From Macrostomum lignano (lineage: Eukaryota), in the NCBI GenBank assembly GCA_002269645.1, contig NIVC01004268.1, forward strand, positions 1-52,324: a DNA stretch of 52,324 nucleotides. Direction: 5' to 3'. The notes under the pieces were generated by a model. It was given only the letters and a program-made list of their open reading frames with translations. It did not search any database and was not told the DNA's origin. Positions 21,141 to 33,007 of this stretch are shown piece after piece. Position 1 is the first letter of the stretch, and each line of letters opens with the position of its first letter. Both the position numbers and the translations under genes were made by a program.

Positions 21141-22505
21141 AATGTTTGGGTTGCTTTTGAACGAAGTCCAGATTTTCCAGTCAGTTTTCTGCTTATCACT
21201 AGAAGCACGTGGTGCGCCAACCACGCTTATTATTGTTGTGTCAGGAGTTCTCCTTGTCAGTCTTTTATCAGCAGTCAGTTAAGATAAAGTTAGCAGCTGT
21301 AGCTATGGTTGCTGGAGTTTATATTGTGTAGCTGTATGGGCGCTCTCGCTTTTTAGCTCGTATCCAAGATTTGTCACGTGAGTCCACGTCTCTAGCCAGG
21401 CATTTGCATTTCTTCAAGTGCTGACTAAATTTTGTGACTTCACAGTTCACTGTGCTGAAATAGCTAACTGTAAATTGTAATGAGCCTCGCGTTACATACG
21501 CAGTTTAGCGTCGCTTGTAAAACCTGTAATCTGCCAGCTCCAAAGATTTGTGAGGGATTTTATGTCTTTTCAATAAATAAGCTTTATTAGCCTTTGGTAA
21601 TGCGCCATTGGTATAATTTTTTCTTGGTTGCACTCAAAGGGAGTGGAAAGTATTGGTGGCATGCTGATCATTTTACTTAATCCCAAAATTAAGTGTAGAA
21701 TTAAATTTCTAATAAATTCATTTCAGAAAGTTCGTCATTTGCATGCAGTACGCTCGTAATAAGTACGCAATCAAATTGAGGTACTCTCCGACTGATGGCA
21801 CCTTTTTTAACTATGTAGATGGCAAGCTGCCCATGAATTCGGCTCATTCTGTTGTTCATTCTCGTTCTGTATGATTCTAATTCACTTTAACAGATTTAAC
21901 AGAGTAAGCATATTTTAGCCTGTGCCAGAATTAATCGGGGTTAGCATTGGAAGTGACTTCATTACCGGTACATATATGCTGTTTTTTATTAACTGCATAT
22001 GCTCTTGAATGCATTCGATTCCTGATTTAGTAGAACCATGGCATCCTATTCGCACACTGTAATTCTTTCTTATTCAGAAATCTGACGTCAGCGACCCAAG
22101 CTGACGTTTAAGGCGTCTACCGACGTCTACCGCGTCGCTAAATTGCAGCGAAGTTCGGCCGACATGCCAGAATATTATGGACGGGTTTTATGCTGATATT
22201 TCGATCGTATTAGTTCAGTTGACAATTTTATCGCTTCAAATGTTTTGAATAGACTTTCTGATTGCCTATACCTAATTTAATCAAGGGACAGCTATCACGA
22301 GGTTTTATCTGAGATAACACTTGACCAATAGGCGTTGGCTGAAGAATCAAATTTACGATGCACCCATTCATCAAACGGACCAATCAGGACTTACGCTCGT
22401 ACCTACTGAAATCAGTATAAATGCAAACGCTCTACGAGTACGATACAATTTAGCTGAAACTTTAGTTTAAAAACAAAACTCACTGACAAAATTCTGTAGA
22501 CAAGC

Positions 22506-23689
22506 ATGTCGAGACTCGAACCCGAATGGTTTGATGACGGCTTGCCGAGCTTCAACGTCTCTCGGAACTCATCAACGCGAAAACCGAGCTGGCAGCTCGA
22601 CTATCGTCAGTTTCATGTCCACGTCTTCTCGTGGCTCTTCCCGCTGCTGATGTCGCTGGGAGTCTGGGGCAACGCCAGCTGCCTGCTGGTGCTGCTGCGG
22701 CACCCGAAGTGCTTCCCGTTCTCTGTGCGGCTCTGGATGCTCACCACCTGCTGCGTGGACCTCCTGCTGGTCGGAGGAAAGTCGGTCACGCACTACCTGG
22801 CGCCCAGCGTCCTCGGACAGACTCTGGGCGTGCCGATCTTCCGAACCGAGTCCAACTTCCCGGTGTGCGTGGCCTACTACCTGGCCACCCTGTGGCTGCT
22901 GCACGGCAGCCCTTTCTTACGCCTGGGCTTCTGCCTGCACTCGCTGGTCGTCACTCTGGCGCCCATGCGGCAGCGCAGTCTGCTGCGTCAGCGGAACATT
23001 GTTGCCTGGCAGGCGCTGCTGCTGCTGCTCAGCCTCCTGCCCTGCGTCCGGGTGGCCAGCGCCTTCTGGAGCAGACAACAGTCGCGCTGTCTGTTCCGGA
23101 AAAACGACTGGATTGAAGTAGTGTACCGGCTGTACACAGTATTAGCCTCTCGCCTGCTGGTGTTCGTGGCTCTCCTGACGTCCCTGGCCGTTATCCTGGT
23201 CAGTCTGAGACGCAGCCAGCACAATGTCAACAGCTCCATAACGTCTGGCCCTGGCGTCAGAAGCAACGTCAGCCATCTGGCAGCTACCGCAGCCTCCGCG
23301 CAGACGCGGATCTTTGCCTTTACCAGCCTGATCTTCATTGCTTGTGAAGCGCCGTATTGCGTTCTAAAGCTGCTGCCCACCTGGGCGCGGTGGACTGTAC
23401 CCAGGTCACTCACCGGCTAGCTGTCCTGCTCAATCATGTGATGTATCTGAATCCCGCGCTGAATTGGCTGCCCTATCTAGTTGCGACGAAGTTTCGACGA
23501 CACTATCGAGCCATGCTGACCCCAGCTGGATGCTGCTGTAGCTGCTGCGATGGTGGGAATTTCAAGCACTGGCAGTCTGGATCTTCTAGAGCAGCTACAT
23601 GTAACATGCCAAGTGCCTATGATGCTGCAATCGGGGCTGTTGAGACCGCGACCCCGATTGCTTGTTCCGACAGAGTGTGCCAATTATGA
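22506..23689 (+). CDS. Rhodopsin-like (peptide-receptor-type) 7TM GPCR, one frameshift near 23400
   Basis: TM1 GxWGN, TM2 CVDLL, TM6 CEAPY; TM7 LNWLPY lies in the next frame; +1 C in CCC 23400-23402 joins them (~394 aa); CCAAT and TATA-like motifs upstream. Confidence 0.82.
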
Positions 23690-24003
23690 GCAGGAGGTTA
23701 TCTTCCGTTTAAAGTTTGTGAGAAGATTTACGAGAAGCTTGTAGAAATAGTGACAATTTCTTCTGGTCTGGTTTCATCTGAGTGGTTCCGGCATGGATGT
23801 TTGATGGCTACGAGCGAGTTGACTCGCCGTATTCATTCGACATACAATCTTGTTGTTATTTATCGCACGAAATGTAGGCAAACGCCATGCAGTTGAACGC
23901 AGACCCTATAGTCACACTGTGTCTAGATGCAAGCAAAGGCTATTTAGGTCCTGGCGTCCATATTCAAGGAATTGTAAGCAATCGAGTCAGATTACCGAAT
24001 AAA

Positions 24004-24186
24004 TGTTGTAAGCTGCGCCTCATTCCCTTGCCCTGACCCCTGCGCTCTCCACCTCTCCTCTCCCTGTCGCTGGTTCATTCTGATCTCCCCCCTCCGTCTT
24101 AAGCTGCCATTCTTCACTTTATTTGTCTCGTTTTCATTTTCATTGGCTGGCGTCTTTTCACCTCTCTCTCTCCCTCCCCTCTCTCC

Positions 24187-24229
<43 letters not shown>

Positions 24230-24762
24230 TGGGCTAGTCCAATCATGTCTCTCGCCGCGGAGACACCTGATTGGCTGGCCTTCCCCTTCTTTCTCCCTCG
24301 CCCTTCAACTCTGTGAGTTTTGCCCCCCCCCCGGACCCCCAGCCCTGCGTGGCTTAGTCCCACCCAGCCCCCTGCTCTCACCCTTGCAGTATTTATGTGT
24401 GCGCGCGGTCCTTGCCCGGCTTTCGCCCTCCCTGCTCTCTCTACCACTACATACTTTGAGTGATTCGCTCGGGTCTGTGAATGTCCGTACGCCTCTGCAG
24501 ACCCGTGTCCACGTCTCTGGTGCTGCTGAGTCTCCTCATCCGAACCGATCCTTCTTGTCGTAGGGCTGGGCAACTGTCCGTCTGTCCGTACGCTCCCCGC
24601 CCCTCCACTTCCGCCCTGAAGTGTCCGTAAGCTCCTCGCCCCTCCACTTCCGCCCTGAAGTGTCCGTACTCCTCAGGGGTGGCCGCTCTCCCACCTATTA
24701 TACCCGGCAAGCTCTGGGAAATCCCTAATCCGTCCGGATGGACGGAAGCGGGAAATACAACA
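24004..24762. mobile_element. Solo LTR (759 bp)
   Basis: TGTTGTA...TACAACA termini; TSD TAAA at 24000-24003 and 24763-24766; internal (TC)n 24191-24226 and 39-bp tandem duplication 24586-24668. Confidence 0.8.
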
Positions 24763-26504
24763 TAAATATATTGTTTAAGCAACGATGCATCAGAAACATA
24801 ACTGCAAGCAAAGAACTTTTGAAACAACAGTCTATCATTTTTTCGCGTTTTTGCATTTATTTCTCTTTATACGCACCGTACAATGTATGTACGAGTACAT
24901 GTAGCTATAGAAGTTAATCCAAGTGCTTGCGTGCAGCCATCAATTTCGTATATGAGTTTGGGACTAGAACTAATGGGAAAGTTTTTAAATCACATATGCT
25001 GGACAGTGGGGGGGGGCAGAGCAACTCATCGTTAAAAAAACGCGTCTGGCTCCTGGGATTCGATTCCAAGCGCGGCCACAATAATTTGTTCCGGCAAATT
25101 GGTCAGGAAGTTGTCGTACGATTAATACGACATATAACTACGTAAATATACTTAATTATGTAAATATTTGCACTCTACATGGGGCATAGCACGTTTAGTC
25201 TACCAGCACTGAGGCGATTCTGCCCATTCCAGCGCTCCTGACTTCTGAGCACATACAAGCGCGCGGAGACTGTACGCAGGCACGCACTTATGCATGTGCC
25301 ACACACTAACACAGGGGGTAGCCGAGGTGCACGGAAGCGAACCAGGGGTCGTGGCGCAAGAGTCAGACGCGACTACCGCTGAATGATTCCGCAATGAGCC
25401 CTGAATGAGCCCTGAATGAGCTCCTGAATGAGCCCTACGACAATGATTCCGAATGCTTCGCGCACTCGTGCTTTTGCCATTAACGCACTCATCGGCGTGT
25501 TGGAATCCCATTGTCGATTGACTGCTGAACGTCTTGAATAAATCGCACGAATAAAGCTTGTGCAGGAAAGACATCCTGCACGCATAAGTGTGCAGGAATG
25601 AAATCTTGCACGCGTGGTCAATCGACAATGTGCTGCTCAGCTGTCCCGCTCTCTTTGTTTCTGTACACAGTTAAATTGCATCCTAAATATGTACACGTGC
25701 ACTCTCCGTAGCGCTCTCAAACTTCAAAGACACAATCTGCTTTCATTTGGAAGTTTTGTACAGCCGGTCTCCAGAGAAATATTCGTAATGAGAAGCATGA
25801 TAATGGCGGTAAAATTACTCGTAGTCCAGAATTAAAACTTTTATTAAATCTCACCGACAAATTGCGAGTTATACAGTGTATGTGCGTACGTACATAATCC
25901 AATCCAATTTTTAGCTCGAACTATCCTACCTACAAGCCTCATAGCCCACTTGTCACTTTTACGTTGTGACATCGTCTCTCATTAGACTAAACGGTACGCA
26001 TCAGTTGGATGATGCTCTCTGCAGTCTACCAGGCTGCCCCCAAAAAGAATCATTTTGCGTACGCCTTTGCGTAATAATGCAGCGTAACTGTCACTGATTG
26101 TGCTGTCTGGGTCACGAGTATCTCGTATCGTTGTTAAAGTTTGTCTGTTGCCCAAACAAGACCGAGACTCCCAAATGTACGAAGTTTGCGACGGTATTTT
26201 TCCTATCTTTAATGGTTTGAAACACTGCCGGCTACGAGAGCACACAGTGCATGCAAGGAATTAAATGATTACACGATTGATTCTTAGCAGAATTGGGAGT
26301 GTAACGCTTCTCTGCGTAAAGTTAGCAGTTATTTTGCTTCAGAATCTATTTCACTTCTACGAGTTACTTTCTTTAATATTTTCACAACAGAAGATAACAA
26401 AACTAACTTTAAAAGTAAATAATCAAAACTGAAATTTTCTTCTTCCGTCAATCGCTGTCTCGCGCTCCATCTGCTGCTCAGACGGCTGCTTTCGCAGTTT
26501 CCGG

Positions 26505-26900
26505 TCAAATGCGCAGTCTAGGAAACCAAGTTCTCCAACGCTTCGAAACTAGTATAGTGTGCCTCAGAACCTGCTTCTGCAACTGGTTGAGCTCATTGTC
26601 GGCGTAACCAGCTCTGTTTTTCAGTCCTTCTCCTGAAGTAGCCGCAGCAGATACAGATGGGAAGCGCTCTTCCACCGGTTCGCCCCTGAGCTTCGTGTTC
26701 GGTAGCTCTTCTTCCATCAATTGCGGATCAGCTAGAACAGAATGGCGCTCTGAAAATGAAACAAATGCCACTATATTTTTTATCAAGGATATTCAATTGC
26801 ATGAAATGTTGTTCGCTGACTAGACCTAATTAGACTCACGGTGCAGCAGAGTCAGCAGAAGGCAGAGCAGAGTCCAGAGAGTCCAACTACAATCGCGCAT
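26505..26900 (-). CDS. Two-exon secreted peptide precursor, 101 aa (exons 26900-26840 and 26749-26505)
   Basis: TATATAAG 26988-26981; signal peptide MRDCSWTLWTLLCLLLTLLH; donor C|GTGAGT; acceptor TTCATTTTCAG; phases match; KR followed by WRTWFPRLRI-stop. Confidence 0.7.
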
Positions 26901-27562
26901 GTCTCTTCTTGTCTGTCAGTTTGTCTGCGTTTCAACAGTCGATTTTGGAATAGAATTCTCCTTAGTCGATGCCTGCCTCTCTTATATAGACTTCTGCAGC
27001 GCCTGCTACCTGCTACAAACCAGAAAAAACAGCTGGTATTGGCACCTGCGACCACGCGGCGGAGCTAGACGAATCTCTTTGACTTTGAAGAACCTCCCAG
27101 GCTTTAATTCTGTTTGATACTAACTTGCTCAGGTGTCTAGAGATACTGAAATTATTTCACCAAAGGGACCAATTGGTAAAGCTTTGTGCCTGGCACACGT
27201 GGATAAAATTTTCCTACCCCAAAATTGATTCAGCCCAACAGCCTCTGCGTCACGGCCGGTTAGAAACCAAAAGATGCCTTTCTTTGCCAACAGAAAGAGT
27301 TTTTGGTAGTTTAAGCTACACATATTTAGCAAAAAGCAACAGCAAAACTGCTGAAAACCGCTCTTTCTTTTTCATACGAGATTTTTTTAAACTACGCGTT
27401 TTTTTTCTATATTCATCAAGTTGATACCGAGACCTCTAAAATTTTCAAATAAGTTGTACCTGTTTCTTCTTTTAAAAAAGAAATCCACACAGGATAACCA
27501 ATACTGAGAATGGTGAGCACAAAACATCTAAAGTGGCCCGTTCTGTAAACACCCGTCGTTGC

Positions 27563-27876
27563 CAGCGGCGTCGCCATGGATTTTATGGTTGGGGACAAAG
27601 CCATCAAGAATTCTACATGTACCGTGTACACTATTTTCAGAATCAGTGTTGTCAGCGGTCATAGGCACTCATTTTGGCGCCGCAGGCACTCATTTTAGCG
27701 CCGCAGGTACTTATTTTGGCGCTGCAGGCGCTATATTTTGTAGCCCTGAAGCAAAATTATTGATTTCCATAACGGGTCAGAGGTTGAGTGGGGGGACAAA
27801 AAATTGGCATGTCCCCCCATAGCTTTTACTGGGGGGGGGATTGTCCCGCCTTGTCCCCCCGGTGGCGACGTCCCTG
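27563..27876. mobile_element. MITE (hAT-like TIRs) with internal 21-bp repeats
   Basis: TIRs CAGCGGCGTCGCCA / TGGCGACGTCCCTG; flanks GTCGTTGC vs ACCGTTGC (6/8). Confidence 0.6.
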
Positions 27877-28190
27877 ACCGTTGCTGATGCAAGCTTTAGT
27901 TGCTAATGTAGACAACCGTTGCTCATGCAAGCTTTAGTTGCTAATGTAGACAACCGTTGCTCATGCAAGCTTTAGTTGCTAATGTAGACAACCGTTGTTC
28001 ATGCAAGCTTTAGTTGCTAATGTAAACAACCGTTGCTCATGCAAGCTTTAGTTGCTAATGTAGACAACCGTTGCTCATGCAAGCTTTAGTTGCTAATGTA
28101 GACAACCGTTGCTCATGCAAGCTTTAGTTGCTAATGTAAACAACCGTTGCTCATGCAAGCTTTAGTTGCTAATGTAAACACCCGTTGCTT
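27877..28190. repeat. 38-bp tandem repeat, ~8 copies
   Basis: Unit ACCGTTGCTCATGCAAGCTTTAGTTGCTAATGTAGACA. Confidence 0.95.
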
Positions 28191-30094
28191 ATAAGCTTTA
28201 ACTAGTTGCTAGTGTAAGCTACTGTTACTAGTTTGAACGCTTGCTAATGTAAGCAACTCACACCCGTTGTGGATGTAAACATTCGTTACTAACGTAGACC
28301 ACGCGTCTTCGATATACTTCAGTTGTGAAATGTACAGTATGTAAGAATCTGTATAGATTGCTTGTGATAAAACGGCTTATTTAATGCTACATGCTGCAGC
28401 ATGCTTTTTGCAAAAAACGTTTTGAGAATAGCTGCTGTATACAGGGTAACTACATGTGTAGCATTTCCTGGCCTTCAGCAGATACGTCGAGTATATTACG
28501 AGCCTATAAAGGAATTTTACACTGTTCTCCACGAGTCGATATGCATCAAAAAATGAATGACAGAATAATTTCGATAAAATTGCAGATTTCAACAGCCAAT
28601 TATAATGATTATTCAAGGCAGCTGGATACACAGCCCTAGAAATAAATTAGTGCTTTCGAACCACACCTGGCAAATTATGAAGCAATCTTCAGCCTCCCTA
28701 GAGAACAATTATAGAACTGATTCGTGGACGTCATATTGAGAGTCTTATTGTTCGTTTTGTATCTTAAACCCGTGCCATTTGAAAATAACCCAGCGTTATT
28801 TTCTTATAATCACAGCTAGATAACAATACAACGAGGGTCACACACTACTATGGTTGACCTTTCATACAGTCAGAAGCTTAAAGTTGTTAAAACTAATGTG
28901 TAAATGTTTACGTGTTATAGATAAAATTAACTTTTTTATAAAAAAATATTAATGTAGTCACGTTCTGCCCCCCCCCTACTATTTTTTGCGCACCCTTCCC
29001 TCCTTCGCCTGTGGTTCCTGCGCCCAGTGATGACTCATTAGGTTCATGATGACTCACGCACCAATTCACGCTTATCCCACACCCCACTCCTCCGCGCACC
29101 AATCCTCACCTTTCTATTGTTTAAAATCGTGTGACAGTTTTATGATCCCCTATCTTCCTAAGCTTCTTCCTGCCTGTACGTTACACGTAATCCCCCATTA
29201 TAAATCTTTTTTATTCGCTGCGCCCCACCCCAATTTCTCGTCCAATCACAGCGCGGCTGACGGATGACGTCATCAGGGTTGTTTGGTCAAGTACAATTAA
29301 GTCACGGCCTTCAATTAATATCTCGCATCACGCTCTCGTGATCGCGTGACACGTGATCTCAGGGCTGTAAAATAAGAGACTGTTTTGAGGCCTGAGCGGC
29401 ACTTTCCATTTCCATGTCACTTTGCTCCCCCCTTTCCACTTTCCGCGTTTCCTTCCCCTTCCCCTACTGTTTCCTTAAACGGACCTTTCGGAGCTGTAAC
29501 AACCGTTCGGAGCCCTTTCTCCCTTTTCGGTGCTGAGCTGCAACCACCGTGCTGAGCTGTAACTTCCCTTGGCTTTATAACCTCCTGACGCGTCTCGTCT
29601 GGACTGATCGTCCGTGACTGTAGCCGCCGCCGAGACTATCCGACGACCACCTTGCCAAGCAGACCCGCCGTCGGCCGCATCTGTACGGTACATGTATTTC
29701 TTTCTTTGTTGCGCTGCCCTGGGTATAGTCAGCCCGGTGTAGCTCAATCATCTATATAGCTCCTACTTTTTCAATCTTAACTTATTAATATTAGGCCAAG
29801 TTGAGGGCTAGTAATTCAGGAAATTAGTTATTCAACTATCGTTTGCTTCTGACTGTTAACTTTATAAGACCGTGGGTTGAGTTGCAGTGAATAACAAAAC
29901 GTGAGGAGACCTCACTGGCTCACGCCAATATATTTATTGCCAAAGTTGGGTTGGGTGTAATCACCCTAAGCACACACACGCCGCAGCGTTAAACCCCAAC
30001 CCCCAAACAAGCCAGACGTGCACATCTAAGTGCACGCGCACCCACAAGCCAGACTACACTACTTCCCCCCTAGAAGCAAAAGACATTTCCCGAG

Positions 30095-32212
30095 TCAAGC
30101 AAAGCCCGCCATGTACAAATCAGGTGGCCGCCGCTCTCTCGCCGACCGCCGCGGAACCTTGACCGGCTTGGCCGGTGCCGCCGGCGGCTCCTCCGGTGCC
30201 TTGTCTGCCTGCAGCTCGGGCCAGAAGGTCACTGCGTCGCCGCTAGGATCGGCCGCCTGCCCGGGCGGCTCTGCGGCGGTGCCGTCGTTGTCGAAGTCGG
30301 CGGCCAGCGGCCGGCGGTCTGCTGCGGCCGGAAGCTCCAGTGACGCCCGCCGCTGCACGAAGCGCTTGAGGCGGTCGTGGTGCACCACCAGCCGGCGCCT
30401 GCGGCCGGTCTCGTCCTGGATGCGGTAATTGACCTCGCCCAGGCGCCTCAGGACTCGGTACGGCCCCTTCCACTTGGCGCTCAAACACTGCGTCTGGCCG
30501 CGCTTGATGACGGAGTTGCATCATCACGAGCTGGCCCTCTTCGAACGGTACGAACCGAGAGTCCTGGTTGGCCAGCCGGTTGCGCTCGATCTGGGCGCTC
30601 CGCAGTCGGCCGTGCACCGTGTCGAAGGCGCTCTGCAGGTTCTGAGTCCGTCGCAGAAAGCCATGATGTCCACTGTCGGCTGCCGGCCGGTCGCCGCTTA
30701 TCAGCCAGCTGTCGAGAGCCAGCCTCGGTGGCCAGCCGTGGAGGACCTGGTACGGACTGAGGCCGGTGGTGCTGTGCACGGAGGTGTTGTAGGCCCAGGT
30801 CACATACGGCAGCTTGCTGTCCCAGTCCTGCTGGTTCTCGGCCACCATCGTCGCCAGCATGTCGCCGAGCGTCCGGTTGCCGCGCTCGACGATTCCGTTG
30901 CCGCGCTCGACGATTCCGTTGCCGCTCGGATTAAACGACGACGTGCGCGTCTTCTCGACGCCCAGCTGCTCACAGAGCCGGCCGAACACCTCGCTCTCGA
31001 ATTGTCGCAGCTGGTCACTGAAGTGCAGCACCTGAGGAGCGCCGTAACGCAGAACCACCGACTTGAGCAGCGCATCCGCCACCGTCACCGCACCGCCAGG
31101 ACTGCCGTCTCTATCCACTTGGAGAAGGCGTCGCACATGCTCAGGATGTACGCCTTGCCATCCGTCGTACGCCGAAGCGGCCCTTTGATGTCGATCTGCA
31201 CCAGCTGCCACGGAGCCGTCGGCTGGCACGTCGACTGCAGCGGCGCCATCTGCGGCTTGGTTGGACTCTTCTTGGCCAGGCAGACCGCGCAGCTGGCCAC
31301 CCAGTTCGTCTCGTCGCAGACCAGGCCACCAGCAGCGCTCAGACAACCTCGCTCCGGTCCTGTCGACGCCGAGGTGTCCGCTCTGGTCGCACGAGTGCGC
31401 CTGCTGCAGGAAATGTGGCCGCAGATGACCGGGAATGACTGGCCGGCCACGCACCAGCAGGACACCCGCCGAGCTCACCAAGGCCTCGTCCAGCAGCTTG
31501 CGAACCTGCGCCGCCCATGAATCGGACAGGATGTCAATCCCTTCGGTCAGCGCCTGGAACGTCCTGCTTAGCAGCGGCTCTTGCAGTTGCTCCTCGCGCA
31601 GGCTGCTGTCGTCCCACCGAGGCTGCAGGCGCGTGCCGGCCACCCGGCTCAGCGCATCCGGCACGACGTTGTCCCTGCCAGGCCGGTACAGCAATTCGAA
31701 CGAAAACTGCTGCAGCGTCGAAAGCCATCGCGCCAGCCGACCTTCGGGGTCCTTCGTTACCAGCAGACCTTTGCAGTGGCCGGTGGTCCGAGTAGACCCT
31801 GAAGCTCGGGACACTCAGCAGGTACGTCCTGAAGTGCTTCAGACTCCAGACCAGCGCCAGAAGCTCGCGGTCGGTCGCCGAGTAGTTGCGCTCGGCCTTG
31901 TTGAGGGTGCGCGAGGCGAACGCCACAGGCAGCTCGGCGTCTCCGTGCAGCTGGCTGAGCACCGCGCCGACGGCGAACTGACTGCTGTCGCAGATGAGCA
32001 CGAACTGCTTGGTGAAATCCGGCAGCCTCAGCACCGGAGCCGTCGTCAGCCGGTCCTTCAACTCGTGGAACGCTCGCTCGCAGTCGCTGCTCCACTCGAA
32101 GTCTCTCGATTTCACGCTGACGTCGTGCAGGACCCTCGCCGTCTGGCTGAAGCCTGGGATTAACCGGTGGACGGCGGCGGTAGAACCCCAGCATTCCGAG
32201 AAACCGCTTCAC
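30095..32212 (-). pseudogene. pol: pol remnant: RT thumb, RNase H, integrase (HHCC, DDE, GPY/F), frameshifted
   Basis: VKRFLGMLGFYRR; CDSSQFAVGAVLSQ; YSATDRELLA; IDIKGP; GNGIVERGN; KWKGPYRV. Confidence 0.9.
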
Positions 32213-33007
32213 CTCAAGTTTCCATGCGGCTGACCAGTTGGTGTCGGGCACACCGCGGCGGAGTGACTCTTGCCTGAGCACCAGCTGCAGCGGCTGCCGA
32301 TCGCCTTTGGGCACCGCCTAGCGATGTGACCCGGCTCGCCGCAGCTGAAGCACTTGATGGGTCCCTTCTGACGCCTGTCTCTTCCGGGTTATCCCGTTCG
32401 CACGCTGGCTGTCAGCTGCTGCATCTGCTGCTCCAGCTGGCTCAGTCGTCTGTCTTCCACCGACACCGCAGCTGATGAGGCTGTAGTCGCGTGGCTCAAC
32501 AGCTCAAGCTTGCAGCTCTGTTGACGATGGCGGCCAGCGAACACGAGTCCGCGTCCTGGTCCTTCAACAGCGCATCTCTCACGGCAGATGGCAGGAGGCG
32601 CATCAGGCGAAGTTCACGTCCTTTTCCCGAGCCGCCACGGAGTCGTCTGGGCGGGCCCGAAGGTGGAGAAGCTTCAGGCTGTAGCCGAGCTCCCTCAGCG
32701 ACTCGTTGGGCTTTCACTTTCGCCCTTCAAACTCCTCCATTTGCTCTGTAGCAGCTCAGACTATTGCCGAAGCACTCGATCAGCTTTTCCTTCAGCTTTT
32801 CATATAGCTGGCTGACACGTCTGCCGGCTGCTCCCAGACGAAGATTTGCGCTTCTCCTGTCACCAGCAGTCTCAGCTTCTTTGACTTCTTCTTGTCGTCC
32901 CATTCGCAGTCGTCGACGAAGTCTTCAAAGGTGCTTAGCCTCATTCTCACGTTGGAGTCGCCGCTAAACTTTGGAGGCAATAAACTGGCTTGCTCTGATT
33001 TGGGCAT
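32207..33007 (-). pseudogene. gag: gag remnant with two CCHC knuckles
   Basis: PPKFSG start; CFSCGEPGHIARRC and CSWCSGKSHSAAVC; interrupted by stops and frameshifts. Confidence 0.8.

Noticed and set aside
25240-25620. Short inverted motifs and an 11-bp tandem (AATGAGCCCTG)
   Set aside because: No clear termini or TSD; too weak to call an element
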